Of a stretch of 64,000 nucleotides of DNA, positions 18,558 to 30,930 are shown piece after piece. The stretch spans positions 76,638-140,637 of the forward strand of contig CAWBNI010000025.1 in NCBI GenBank assembly GCA_963790105.1, read 5' to 3'. A model generated the notes under the pieces. That model worked only from the letters and a program-made list of their open reading frames with translations, searched no databases and was not told the origin of the DNA. Each line of letters begins with the position of its first letter. Positions within the stretch are counted from its first letter, which is position 1. Made by a program: the position numbers and the translations under genes. The stretch is from an uncultured Bacteroidales bacterium (lineage in GTDB: Bacteria > Bacteroidota > Bacteroidia > Bacteroidales > UBA10428).

Positions 18558-19738
18558 TCTGACTGATTACGCCCGTTTTCTTATCCTTGAGAATAACCTT
18601 CACAGAGCCATCCGGCATGGTTTCCTTCTTTACCAGGTAATGGCCGGCATCATAATCACGGGTGGCATGGATGGGTTCTGACTTGTCCTTGCCCCGCCAG
18701 ATATCGAGTTTCACCGGCTCCCATTTTTTTGATTTTGATGACCTGTAACAGGCATCCATGATCTCATTCACTACATACCCGTCATAGAATGTCTCATTTG
18801 GCTGGGTCTTGTTTTCATAGGCCCGGAACATATCGGTAAACATGTCTGTATATCCCAATTCCACGACCTCATCGCCCACGGGAAACAGCCATCCTTTTTC
18901 GGTCTCGGCTTTTTCAGCCACATAACCTCCTTTGCTGGAAGCTGTGAATATTTCAAATCCTGTTCTGAGGAAATTATTCACCCAGATAGTGCCTTCCGTT
19001 CCCATGGCTTCATCCCTCAGATCCATTCCGCCGCGGAAAGACCAGCTGACTTCAAACTGGCCGATGGCCCCATTTTCGTATTTCACCCATCCCAGGGCAT
19101 TGTCTTCGGCTTCAATGGGCTTTACCAGGGTATCAGCCCAGCACATGACCTCAACGGGGCGGATATCTTTACCAATATAATTCCTTGATATTTCAATGCA
19201 ATGACAACCCATATCAAGCAGCACGCCTCCACCGGAGATTTCTTTTGTCCAGAACCAGTCGCTGTGCGGACCGGGATGTGTTTCCCTTGACCTGGCCCAG
19301 ATCACATCACCTATTGCCCCTGACCTTACTGATTTCAGTGCTTTTAGTGTTTTTGGAGTATAAACCAGATCTTCCATGTATCCATGCATCACACCTGCTT
19401 TTTCTGCGAGTTCAAGCATCTCCATTGCTTCTGCAGCATTGCATCCAAGCGGCTTGGTGCAGAAAACTGCTTTCTTTGCTTTTGCAGCCAGCCTCACTGC
19501 CTCCAGGTGCAGGTTATTTGGCAGCGCCACTACTACAATGTCAACTTCAGGATCATTTACTGCCTTTCTCCATTGAAGTGGTCCATTCAGGTATGCCGTG
19601 TTTCTGGGCAAAGGCCTTTCCCCGGCCTTCATCCCGTGAATAAATGACCTGCACTGCATCACGGCTTCGCTGACCATGAATGGAAAAAGTATAAAAATCA
19701 CCGATAAATCCGGCACCGAGCATGGCTACTTTTGGCAT
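18538..19738 (-). pseudogene. Gfo/Idh/MocA-family NAD(P)-dependent oxidoreductase, one frameshift
   Basis: The N-terminal piece 19553-19738 has the Rossmann motif [11 protein letters not shown]. The remainder lies in 18538-19716. Frames 1>0 (one extra nt). Confidence 0.8.
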
Positions 19739-20002
19739 AGTTGTTAGTTGTTAGTTGTTAGTTGTTAGTTGTTAGGTATCAGGCTGTTAGGCTGTAGGCT
19801 GTTAGGCTGCTAGGCTGTTAGCGTACTAGGCTTCTGCAGGCTTGCACGTTGACTGCAGAACTGCAGACTGCACATCTGCATAACTATCAAATTTGCACAT
19901 TAGCACATTTGCACATTAGCAAATCTTGCACATTGTAAATTGCACATTGTATTGTCTTTCACTTTTAGTTATTAGTTTTTATCATTTATCTTTTATCTTT
20001 AT
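19739..20002. repeat. Largest composite array, filling a divergent spacer
   Basis: GTTGTTA x5 (19740-19774). GGCTGTTA/GGCTGTA/GGCTGCTA x5-6 (19782-19830). CTGCAG-containing units. Six GCACAT cores (19870-19947). TTAGTT and TTTATC stutters to about 20002. Confidence 0.95.
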
Positions 20003-20028
20003 GTCCCTAACTAAAATACATTATTCCC

Positions 20029-21357
20029 ATGAAAAGAATAACATGTCTGGGCATATTTTTGACCCTTTCTTTTTACCTGGTTGCACAAGTGTATCAGCCA
20101 ACCTGGGAATCTATCGATAAAAGACCTGTTCCCCAGTGGTTTACCAATGCAAAATTTGGCATTTTTATTCACTGGGGTGTGTATTCTGTTCCCTCATGGG
20201 CTCCCGCCAATGCACCCATTGGCGTTTATGCCAAATATGCCGAGTGGTACTGGTATAAAACTACTGTTAATTCCGGTGAAGAATACAAATATTTCAGGGC
20301 ATTTGATTCCACCATGTATGGTGCAAAGCATAAATACGCTGATTTTGCCGGACAGTTTAAGGCGGAATTGTTTGATCCCACGGCAATGGGCAGATGTTTT
20401 TGTAAGGTCGGGTGCAAAGTATGTGGTTCTCACCTCAAAACATCATGAAGGGTTCTGCCTCTGGCCCAGTGAGCAAAGCTGGAACTGGAATGCCGTGGAT
20501 ATCGGCCCGCACCGTGATCTGGCCGGCGATCTTACCAGGGCAGTAAAAGCCAGGGGACTGCATATGGGCTTTTATTATTCCCTGTATGAATGGTTTAATC
20601 CACTTTATAAAAACAATCTCGAAGAAATATGTGGATGATCACATGATCCCGCAAATGAAGGACCTTGTTACCAGGTATACCAGCCTGACATACTATGGAC
20701 TGATGGGGAATGGGAACATCCCAGTGAGGATTGGAAAAGCACTGACATTCCTGTCATGGCTGTACAATGAATCGCCCGTAAAAGACCAGGTTGTGGTTAA
20801 TGACCGGTGGGGCAAGGAAACAAGATCGGTACACGGTGGAATCTATACAACTGAATATGATCTGGTAAACGATAAAAAGGGAATCGGCAGTGCAGCTGCC
20901 CATCCATGGGAAGAATGCCGGGGTATCGGAACTTCTTTTGGTTACAACCGGGTTGAAGACCTGAATAATTATATGAGTTCAAAGGCACTGGTGGATTTGC
21001 TTATTGCGAAAGTGTCATCCGGCGGAAATCTTTTGCTTGATATCGGTCCTACAGCTGACGGACTGATTCCGGTTATCATGCAGCAACGGCTTGATTGATA
21101 TAGGCGACTGGCTGAAGGTAAACGGCGAAGCCATTTATGATTCCCGTGTATGGCAAAAGCAACCGTCCGCTGCAATCCCGGATGTGTATTTCACCTGCAA
21201 GGGCAGCGATCTGTATGTTATCTGCACAAAATGGCCTCAGAAATCACTTGTTATTCCGGGGATTCATTCAGCCGGAAAAGTATCCCTGTTGGGATCAGAC
21301 GTAAAGGTCAGTGCACAGGCAAATGGAAAACTCACAATTCGATCCACCTTCAATTAA
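20029..21357 (+). pseudogene. GH29 alpha-L-fucosidase, at least 3 frameshifts
   Basis: Pieces starting at 20029, 20081, 20586 and 21091 (frames 1>2>0>1). Motifs [47 protein letters not shown] and GGNLLLDIGPTADG. Confidence 0.85.
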
Positions 21358-21472
21358 TCCCGGGAAACATGCCCTGTTCATATGCATGGGTTTTCAAGGT
21401 AGAAAATTACCGGGATTAACAGCTACTTTTCTACTGAAATTACGTATACAAATCTGAGACTAAAAAGAACGC

Positions 21473-23691
21473 ATGTTACTACGGTGGATTATTACTTTTT
21501 ATGTATTGCAGGTATTTTTTCAAAGTTCATTCGCTCGGAATAACACAATTGATCATTGGGAAACGGTAGTGATGGCCAATGATACCTGGCATTATTTTGT
21601 GGGATTTAACATCGGACCTCCGTTAGGGCTGGCAGAATCCCGCTTTTAATGATGCCACCTGGCTAGCAAGGTCCCGGAGGATTTGGCTATGGCGACGGAG
21701 ATGACGCTACTTTGATTTCCACGTCCCGCCAAATCCTTACTCGGTCTTTATCCGCTTGCAGTTCACGATCCAGGATACCTCGAAAATCAGCATGGCGCTT
21801 TTGAATATGGACTTTGACGATGGTTTTGTTGCCTGGATCAATGGTGTTGAAATAGCCCGGTCAAACCTCGGAACGGTTGGTGATTATCCTGCCTTTAATG
21901 CCGCAGCCATTGATCATGAAGCAGTGATGTACAATCAGAATGGCTCCACCTTCTTACCTGGTTTCCAGGCAAAAGTTAAAGGATGCCTGATAAATGGTAC
22001 AAATGTAATCGCCATACAGGTGAATAATATTAAGCAATACTTCCAGTGATATGAGCTGTATTCCCTACCTGTCGGTGGCTATGAAAACCGCAGGACTCAC
22101 TTACCGGAATGTTCCTGCCTGGTTTGAAGAACCCTATGTAAATTTCGTCGGTTCCACTCTTCCTTTGATAATTATCAATACCGGTTCAAATGTTTTGCAA
22201 CAGGATGTTAAAACGATGGTGGACATGGGTATCATCGATAACGGACCCGGAGAAATGAATTATCTAACTGACGATTGGAACAATTACAATGGCAAAGCAG
22301 GAATTGAGATAAGGGGTTCATCCTCTACCATGTTTGATAAGAAGAATTATGGAATCGAACTTATGGAAAACGGCCGAAGATGATACCTCCTTTTCCCTGA
22401 TGGGCTTGCCGGCCGAAAGCGACTGGATTTTACATGGCCCTTATTCCGACAAAGCTCTGATTCGAAATTACCTGGCCTATACTCTGGCCCGTGATATGGG
22501 CCATTATGCATCCCGCACACGTTTCTGTGAATTGTTTCTGAATGATCAGTACAGGGGTGTTTACGTTCTTATTGAACGAATTAAACGTGACAGTGCCCGT
22601 GTGGATATTGCCAAATTGTTGCCTACCGATGTCACCGGCGATCAGCTTACCGGAGGGTATATCGTAAAAATCGACAGGTCAGCCGGTGATTATACAGATG
22701 GCTGGTTTTCTCCCTATCTTGGAACAGGAAGTGGCGGAAGCGGCCCGTTTTTTGCCTACAGTTATCCCCAGCGGGATAAAATTGCGCCAGATACAGAAAA
22801 CCTACATTAAAAATAAGATCACTTCTTTTGAAGATGCCCTGCACGGAAGCAAGTACCTTGATCCGTATGTGGGTTATAAGACTTTCATTGATGTGAGCTC
22901 TTTTGTTGATTATTTTATCATGGTTGAATTGAGCAAGAACACTGATGGATACAGGCTGAGTACCTTTCTTCATAAGGACCGCGATGGAAAGGATCCCAGA
23001 CTTCATATGGGCCCGATCTGGGATTATGACCTTGCATTATGGAAATGCCAATTATTATGAGTCTTTTAATACCTATGGGTGGAATTATACTTTTCAGTCG
23101 GACGGGTGGGGAACTCCCTTCTGGTGGAACAAGATGCTGACCGATCCCTATTTTGTGAATATGTTATATTGCCGGTGGCATGAGTTCAGGCAGGGAGTAC
23201 TATCCGATGAATCCATACTGGCACGCATTGATTCTGCTGTTTCTGTTATTGGTGCTGCTGCAGGACAGGAACTTTGTGCAGTGGCCGATCCTGGGAGTAT
23301 GGGTATGGCCAAATTATTATGTAGGATACACCTATGAGCAGGATGATCAGCTATATGAAAACATGGATCACTGACCGGGCTGCCTGGCTGGATTCCAATA
23401 TACCGGGAAACACCTGCCTTTCGCCGGTAAATGATAAGGATGCCACTTTTACCTTTCTTTTAAGGGCCTATCCAAATCCTGCCATCGAAGAGGTAAATAT
23501 TGAGATACAGAATGAAAGATCTGAAAAGCTGGGTCTGGAGATCTTTAATTACACAGGCCAGCTGGTATACAGTAAACAATTGTCCAGCTGAGCCAATGGT
23601 CACTGAAAAAATCAGGCTCCAGCCAGGTGCCTACCTTATTAAAGTAACCGGAAAAGAAAATTCAAGGACAGAAAAAATCATGGTGCAATAA
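21473..23691 (+). pseudogene. Secreted CotH-family protein with a T9SS C-terminal sorting domain, about 10 frameshifts
   Basis: Signal peptide at 21473. CotH core KKNYGIEL..WILHGPYSDKALIRNYLAYTLARDMGHYASRTRFCELFLNDQYRGVYVLIERIKRD. C-terminal domain YPNPAIEEVNIEI..GAYLIKV. Pieces step through frames 2>0>1>..>1. Confidence 0.75.
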
Positions 23692-23693
23692 TT

Positions 23694-25583
23694 TCAAAGC
23701 CTGTATTCCAGGATCAATGTTTCATATGGCTGAAAAGTTTGTTCAACAGAATTTGCAGCCATTTGAACCTGATTCTGTGCTTTTGGTAACTGAAAATTTC
23801 TGCTAAATGCATCAAAATTTCCTGCATTCATTTTTAGGATTATTTTGTATTCATCTATTCCGGTTATCATAACCTTCTGTTTTTGCCTTGTCATATTCGA
23901 TAGAAACAGCAGGCCGGAATCTTCACCTGCCACTGTGAAACCGTCTATAACCAGCGGATTTGTGCAGTAACTTCCTTGAACGCGGAATTTTCCTTTATTC
24001 AGCAGCGTACTAGAATATATAGAACAAGGGGAAAATCATGCCTTTGTCAGCATTAAACTTTTCCGGCCAGCGGCTGCCATATTCACCCATGAATAGGCCC
24101 CGTTCACCTACAGATTCATAATATGTAATACTGGTTGCCTCTGATTCAAGCAGGTACTTCAGGCTTCCGACCGTCCAAGCGGCGCCAAAAAGGGACATCT
24201 GTCGGGGATCTACCCCCAGGGGTATTTCATTGTCATTACCGGGCTCTTCATAATTATTGTTGTTTGCATTAAACCGTCTTTGCAGCGTCACAGGTGAAAC
24301 AATGACTGGTTTATGCAGTTCAAATTGTGCTGCGCTTTGAACTGCATATTGCTGGGCAGCCGTATTTTCAATAAGTGTGCGTTCATCAGAGGCATGTTCC
24401 TGGGGATGTATGGCGAAGGTGACAAAGTCGATGTCATTAAAATCAGGCCGCGACCGGTTTAGCTGGGCGAAATTGCAATTTGTCCCGGTCCCAGCCGGTA
24501 TTCCGGGAAACTCCTTGCGAATTGCAGGGATCACAGCGGATAACAGGTTATTCAAAGGTACCCTGGAATTTCGGGAAAAAACCAGGATGCGCCTCACTGG
24601 TACTGGGCATTGATTATAAAGGGCAAGGAACTTTGCCATTTCGGTGTGAGGATCATTCCCAAAGAAAAGGCATAGTTCTGCAGGAAGTTCTGCTTTTATT
24701 GCTTCACCTGAAAGAAGAACATATTGTTTTTCAAACCGGGTACTGAATAAATGCAATTCACCCCGGATATGCGAAAACGGAATCTTTTTAAGGATGCCGG
24801 CTTCCTGCTCATTCATTGGCTGAGGCCTGGAACTTAAACACACTCCTATCTCAGGCAGTATTGCCTGTCACCTGTTTTCCCACGTTGAAAAATATCTTTT
24901 CATCCTTCCTTTCAGTAACTGGAAGTTTACCTTCCAAAGAAAATTCAATACGCTGAAATAATGCGGTACCTTTTGCTGACTTTCGCTGGATAAGGCTGGT
25001 CGAGTGGGGTGCTGTATGTTTTATAGGATGCATCCGTCCAGTTTCGCTGATCTTCTGTTTCAAAAACATCTCCCTCGAAATACAGATGTGCTTCCATTGA
25101 ATCAGTGATTTTCCAGTGCATAGCCCGGATATCCCTAAAGGGCTGGTGTGGTGAAATTTCTTCAGGAAACCGGCTCAATAGTTGAACTGTTGTCCGGATG
25201 TGTAATTCTGCATTCATGTCCTGCACAGTTCATTATAGGATGAAGGATACAAAAGCCGATCCTGTTTTTCAGGAAAGTTGAATTTGCTTACCTTTCATTT
25301 CAAGTATCAACCGGTTTGGCGAGTGGAAGTTAATGGATATGCCTGCTTCAAAATCTATTTCATTATACCTGTAATGTGCCTTATAACGATTTCAAATCCA
25401 TTTCTCTTTTTTCTGAATTTTTTCATCCGATATGTCAGGGGAAATGGTCAGCCATTCCTTATCCCTCACGGCAAAGTAGATCATCCTGATTATTTCATAC
25501 CCTCCTGCGCTTATGTAACGAAGATTACCTGCTTCATAAAGCATACTGATATCTCCTGTTGCGAAGAATCTGGTTGCCGGCAT
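23694..25583 (-). pseudogene. Conserved hypothetical protein (~630 aa when pieces are joined), several frameshifts
   Basis: Pieces ending at 25583, 25226, 25069, 24843 and 23933 can be joined collinearly. No motif I can name. Confidence 0.4.
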
Positions 25584-25629
25584 GGCAGTCCCTTTTTCCG
25601 TTTAATTTAATATTCCGGATCATCGGGAA

Positions 25630-26644
25630 TTAAAGTGATTTTCTGCGGATGAGCTGAAATGGATTATATAATTTTTCTTTTTCCCCTGACAGGATGAGCC
25701 CGGCCGCGGTTTTTCCCATTGCTTCGAAATCGGTTGAAACCACGGATATTCCTCCTTCCAGTACTTCCTTCATGGGGGAGTCGTCAAAAGCTATGATTCC
25801 GATATCATGCCCGATCTTCCAGTTGTTCTCCTTTGCCTGTTTGATCAGGTAGATCAGATCATTGTCGGGAAAAACGATATACAGTTCTCCCGGTTTGATC
25901 TCATGATCACGGATATTTGGAATGACCATGCCGTTCAGATTGATGATCAGCAATAAACTGCTCAAATCCCCTGACGGATCCATCCGGAATGAACTGAAAC
26001 TTACTGGGTGACCTGGCAAAGATAATTTGCCTGTATTTGCTGATCTGATCAAGTCCGCTTTTTAATGCCTCATATATATCCTCTTTAAAATTCTGGCAAA
26101 TGGCGGCATATTTTCCCTTTAAGCCGGGGAACTTCTTTATCAATGATCAACAGCTTGTTTTCGGGGATCTTCATCAGTACTTCAGAAACATCATGATTAA
26201 AATGAGGCATTATAACGTAATAATTGAACTTTGCCCAGGTTATCCCGGATGAGGTTGTTGAACCGTACATCATCATAATGATGAAAGAACACCTGTACTG
26301 AAGCATTCGGCCCGATATGCTGAATAAACGAATCATACAGCATTTCCTTGTAAGTGTTGATCCGGTCAAACAACATGAAAGATGTTCAGCTTCTTTACCA
26401 CCCGGGTGTGGCTGATATAATATCCTTTTCCTTTTTTTGAAACCAGGATGCCGATGCGGCAGAGATCATCATAGGCTTTCAGCACAGTACCGGGGGAGAT
26501 GCCAAATTCACGGCAAATATTATGGATGGAAGGAACCCTGTCGCCTTTTTTCAGTAATCCCTGCTCAATGGCCCTTGTAATCGATTCCTTGATCTGCTCA
26601 TAAATGGGTGTGATCCATTTTGGATTAATTTCAATAAAACCCAT
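25630..26644 (-). pseudogene. GntR-HTH / periplasmic-binding-protein-fold (LacI-like sugar-binding) transcriptional regulator, 4 frameshifts
   Basis: N-terminus: GDRVPSIHNICREFGISPGTVLKAYDDLCRIGILVSKKGKGYYI. C-terminus: IGIIAFDDSPMKEV..VVSTDFEAMGK. Frames 1>0>2>1>0, each step one extra nt. Confidence 0.75.
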
Positions 26645-26676
26645 GTTTTTTTTAGCAAAAATATAAAACTCTTATT

Positions 26677-26684
26677 TATATTTG
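26677..26684 (+). promoter_or_regulatory. Bacteroidota -7 box candidate (TAnnTTTG)
   Basis: TATATTTG lies 60 nt upstream of the transporter ATG. Confidence 0.35.
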
Positions 26685-26687
26685 TAA

Positions 26688-26727
26688 TGAATAGGTATGA
26701 ATAAGTATATAAAGGTATAAATAAGTT
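26688..26727. promoter_or_regulatory. Four 10-bp direct repeats (candidate operator)
   Basis: TGAATAGGTA TGAATAAGTA TATAAAGGTA TAAATAAGTT, located between the divergent regulator and transporter genes. Confidence 0.4.
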
Positions 26728-26743
26728 TTAAAAAATTATCACT

Positions 26744-27745
26744 ATGATCCTTGTTCAGAATTACACTCTTGCCGTGCTCATGTGCGTCCTTGCCATGATT
26801 TGCTGGGGTTCATGGCAAAACACACAAAATCTTGCAGGCAAATCCTGGCGGTTTGAATTATTTTACTGGGATTTTATCCTTGGGATCCTCCTTTTCTCCC
26901 TTGTTATGGCGTTTACCTTTGGCAGCATGGGTACATCAGGGAGGGACTTCATTTCCGATCTGAAACAGGCTTCTGCCGGAAATCTTCTCAGTGCAGCACT
27001 GGGGGGTGCCATCTGGAATCTGGGAACACTGCTGCTTGTGGCGGCCATTTCCATAGCAGGTATGTCGGTCGCCTTTCCCATCGGAGGTGGTATTGGCTGG
27101 ATACTTGGCATTTTCATCAATTATGCAGGGAGTCCGGAAGGCAACCCCTGGTTTTTGTTTGGCGGATCACTTGTCATTGTATTTGCCATATTGTTCAGCA
27201 TGATTGCATACAGGCGGCTTGCCTATACACAAAAAAAGGCTCCCTTCAAGGGTATTATGTTATCCTTTGCTGCCGGTCTGCTGATTGCCTTCTTTTACCG
27301 CTTTGTCGCTTCTGCAATGGATACCGAATTTGTTCCTGCCACCGCCGGTAAGATCACTTCATACACTGCAGTTGTTGTTTTTTCTATCGGGGCCTTATTA
27401 TGCACAATTCTGTTCAATCCGTATTTTATGATGAAACCTGTGCAGGGATCACCGGTAAAGATGTCGGATTATTTCAAAGGAACAGGGAAAATGCACCTTT
27501 ATGGTATGCTGGGAGGTGCCATCTGGTGCCTTGGCAATTCAGTCAGTTTTATGGCCGTTGGCTCAGCCAGTCCGGCCATATCCTATGGACTTAGTAATTC
27601 CGCTCCTGTTGTTGCAGCTTTATGGGGAATATTGGTGTGGAAGGAATTCAGGGATGCACCCCGGGGCACCAATCGCCTGTTATTGCTGATGTTTGCCTGT
27701 TACCTCATTGGCTTGTCGATGATTGTGTATTCCAGGGTAGGGTGA
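26744..27745 (+). CDS. DMT-superfamily (GRP/GlcU-like) sugar transporter
   Basis: Intact 333 aa with ~10 TM helices and two-fold internal symmetry. Sits in a sugar-catabolism context. Confidence 0.5.
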   Translation: MILVQNYTLAVLMCVLAMICWGSWQNTQNLAGKSWRFELFYWDFILGILLFSLVMAFTFGSMGTSGRDFISDLKQASAGNLLSAALGGAIWNLGTLLLVAAISIAGMSVAFPIGGGIGWILGIFINYAGSPEGNPWFLFGGSLVIVFAILFSMIAYRRLAYTQKKAPFKGIMLSFAAGLLIAFFYRFVASAMDTEFVPATAGKITSYTAVVVFSIGALLCTILFNPYFMMKPVQGSPVKMSDYFKGTGKMHLYGMLGGAIWCLGNSVSFMAVGSASPAISYGLSNSAPVVAALWGILVWKEFRDAPRGTNRLLLLMFACYLIGLSMIVYSRVG

Positions 27746-27795
27746 GGTATTCGGTATTCAGGTAATCGGTAATCGGTAATCGGTATTCAGTAATG
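27746..27795. repeat. GGTATTC / GGTAATC heptamer array
   Basis: GGTATTC x2, GGTAATC x3, GGTATTC, AGTAATG. The array starts 1 nt after the transporter stop codon. GTAATCG is the reverse complement of CGATTAC. Confidence 0.95.
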
Positions 27796-27833
27796 GTGTT
27801 GGATAGTTTGATAACATCTGTGTATTAAATAAA

Positions 27834-29263
27834 ATGTATGAAAAAGTATTCAGTTTTATATTAATCTTTTGCAGTTATGTGTCATGGTAAATGCCCAGAT
27901 TGTGCCAAAGTCAGGACCTTCTGTAGATTTTAAACATGGCAGGCTGGTGGTATCGGATAATCACCGGTTTCTTGCAATTTCAGGATGGAACGCCTTTTTT
28001 CTACCTTGGGGATACAGGATGGGAATTCTTTCACCGTCTTACATACAAGGAGGCTGAAAAATATCTTGAAAACAGAAGGCAGAAAGGATTTACTGTCATC
28101 CAGGCTGTTATACTTGCGGAACTGGATGGACTCAACACACCAAACCGGAATGGAGATAAACCTTTTATTGACAATGATCCCGGGCGGCCGAACAAGGCAT
28201 ATTTCGCTTTTGTGGACAGTCTTATCCGTCTTGCTGAAAGCAAGGGCATATTCATCGGATTGTTGCCAACCTGGGGTGACAAGGTTGACAAGGCTACCTG
28301 GGGGAAGGGTCCGGAGATTTTTAACCCGGAGAATGCCTTTGCTTATGGAAAATTCCTGGGAGAACGTTATAAAAATTTTCCAAATATTATCTGGATTGGT
28401 GGCGGTGACCGTTCGGGAGGCACCAATTCCAAAAACACAGGATCCAATTTTCCCGGTATGGGATGCCATGGGCAAGGGAATAAAATCTGCCGATCCCAAT
28501 CACCTGATGACTTTTCATCCCTGGGGAGAAAAAAGCTCCTCGGAATGGTTTCAGAACTGTGACTGGCTCGATTTCAATATGGCCCAGACAGGTCATGGGC
28601 AGCGCACCTATGCAATTTACCGCATGATACAGCAGGATTATGCCCGGACTCCCGTTAAACCCTGCATGGATGGGGAACCCCGGTATGAGGACCATCCGAT
28701 AAACTGGCAACCTGATTCACTGGGGTGGTTCAATGAGATGCATGTAAGGCAGGCGGCCTACTGGAATCTGTTTACAGGTGCCCACGGACATACCTATGGC
28801 TGTCATCCCGTCTGGCAGATGGCAACTCCCGAACACGAACCCGTGGGTTATGCGCGTCATTACTGGTATGATGTGCTTGATCTGCCGGGCGCATGGCAAA
28901 TGCTGAATGTCAGGCGGCTCATGGAATCCAGGCCCATGCTGAACAGGGTGCCTTTTCCTGAAATTGTGCTGAATCCGGGTGATGAATACAGTCATATTGC
29001 AGCCACCCGCGGTGATGGATATATTATGGTTTATACTCCCTTGGGAAATGATATAGAGCTGGATGGAAATATGCTGCCGGCACTAAAATATACTGCCTGG
29101 TGGTTTGATCCCCGTTCGGGAAAATCAATTAAAGCAGGAACCGTTGAAAGGAAAAGCCAGCTTCGGTTTATGGCTCCTTCGCGCGGACCCGGATTTGACT
29201 GGGTATTGGTTCTGGATGAAGAAGGCAAAAATTTCAATCCCCCGGGCAGCGGGAATAAAATAA
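27834..29263 (+). pseudogene. DUF4038/GH140-like glycoside hydrolase, at least 3 frameshifts
   Basis: Signal peptide from ATG 27834. Motifs [52 protein letters not shown] and YTAWWFDPRSGK. The 3' end is uncertain (candidate TAA at 29261-29263 in the next frame). Confidence 0.7.
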
Positions 29264-29272
29264 GCACAAACC

Positions 29273-30092
29273 ATGCAAGACAGGCATCAGCACTTATACT
29301 TATACATGGGCCATTGGCGTTCCCGGTTCAGAACCGGAAAAACCCATGTCTGTCTTTTCGCTTATCAGGAAGGCTGCCGGATTCAAAGTGGACTGTGTTC
29401 AGCTGGCCGATAATTTGCCACCTCAACTGGCCTGACAGGGAAGAAATGTCCGGATCCTCGAGTTTGCCGCAAAGCAATAATATTCAAGATTGAAATCGGT
29501 GGCAGGGGACTTACAGAAGAAAATCTTCACACGCCATATTGAAATGGCCGCCTATTTTGGATCACCGATTGTTCGCATGGTTATCGATGGCAATGATTAT
29601 TATCCTGAATTGGACACCATCTTATCCGTTATCAGGAACAGCCGGCAGGAACTGGAATCAAAAGGAATTATCCTGGCCATTGAAAATCATGACCGCCTGC
29701 ATGCCTCAGTCTTTCAGGGATATTGTAGAGTCATCAGGCAGCAGCCAATGTGGGCATTTGCCTCGATTGTGTCAATTCAATCGGTATAGGGGAGGACATT
29801 GAAACCGTACTTAACTGCCTGGCCCCTTATACTGTAAATCTGCACATAAAAGATTTCAGTGTTAAACGGGTATCGCATAAAATGGGATTTATCATTGAAG
29901 GAACACCTGCAGGCCAGGGACTGTTGGATCTTCCGCGCATTCTCGAGAGACTGCAGCCTTATGGCCGTTGCCAGAGCGGTATCCTGGAATTATGGACACC
30001 GCCGGCTGGAAAGTCTAAGCGAAACCATTCAACTTGAAGACGTCTGGGCCCGTGCAAGCGTAAGCTATATAAAACAAATTTTAAACAGCTGA
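29273..30092 (+). pseudogene. Sugar-phosphate isomerase/epimerase (xylose-isomerase-like TIM barrel), multiple frameshifts
   Basis: Joined pieces read GISTYTYTWAIGVPG.., IEIGGRGLTEENLHRHIEMAAYFGSPIVRMVIDG, ILAIENHD, GICLDCVNSIG and NLHIKDF. Confidence 0.65.
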
Positions 30093-30093
30093 T

Positions 30094-30925
30094 ATGAAAA
30101 AGAAAATAACCCTTGTGGGAGCCGGTGGAAAAATGGGACTCCGTTTGACCCGGAATCTTAAGAATTCGGCCTTTGAAATGGCTTATCTTGAAGTGAGCCA
30201 GGCAGGCATCGATAAGCTGAAGGAACTGGGTGTTCTGTTTCTGCCGAGGAAAAGGCACTCGCGGATGCGGATGTGGTTATTCTGGCCGTGCCTGATACCC
30301 ATCTTGGCAAAGTATCCGCGGCAACTCATTCCGAAGATGAAAAAAAATGCCCTGGTGATGACGCTTGATCCTGCTGTTGCAAGGGCAGGAAAGCTTTTTC
30401 TCCGTGAGGATGTAGCTTATTTTATAACTCACCCGGCCCATCCTTCGGTATTTAACTGGGAGCCTACGCCGGAAGCCCAGGCTGACTTTTTCGGCGGATC
30501 GCTGGCTAAACAGCCGATAGTTTGCGCCCTTATGCACGGGGCTGAAGAATATTATGAACCTGGGTGAAGAGATAGCACGGCAAATGTATGCCCCGGTTTC
30601 AAAATCCTTCAGGGTGACCATGGAACAAATGGCACTTCTGGAACCCGCCCTGGTGGAAACCCTTTCATCTTCCTGCCTTGATCTGGTGAGGGAGGGTATG
30701 GAAGAGATCATTAAAAGGGGAGTACCTGCTGAGGCTGCCCGTGAATTTCTTTTCGGACATATTAACATCCAGCTGGCTGTTCTTTTCAAAGAATTGCCGA
30801 ATGCTGTTTTCTCCGATGCTGCCAACAAGGCCCTGCAAAGAGGACGAAGCATCCTGTTCAAGGAAGACTGGAAGAAGATCTTTGAACCTGACAATGTGCT
30901 GCAACAGGTAATGGACATCACTTAG
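30094..30925 (+). pseudogene. NAD(P)-binding dehydrogenase-like protein, frameshifted (includes a hidden compensating pair)
   Basis: Rossmann motif ITLVGAGGKMG. Segment ~30237-30325 reads sensibly only in another frame (VSAEEKALADADVVILAVPDTHLGKVSA). A further shift lies near 30555. Confidence 0.5.
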
Positions 30926-30930
30926 CAGTG

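Noticed and set aside
19739-20002. Whether this and the other repeat arrays could be CRISPR arrays
   Set aside because: Units are 7-8 nt and directly abutting, with no unique spacers. No cas genes are nearby. Array architecture is incompatible with CRISPR.
20029-21357. Pervasive programmed +1 ribosomal frameshifting or another recoding system as the explanation for the frame breaks
   Set aside because: The resolved sites share no slippery or stimulatory motif (A6 run, G run, or no homopolymer at all). Spacing is irregular, a few junctions need the opposite shift, and essential and non-essential genes are hit alike. Consensus indel error is more parsimonious, but it needs read-level confirmation.
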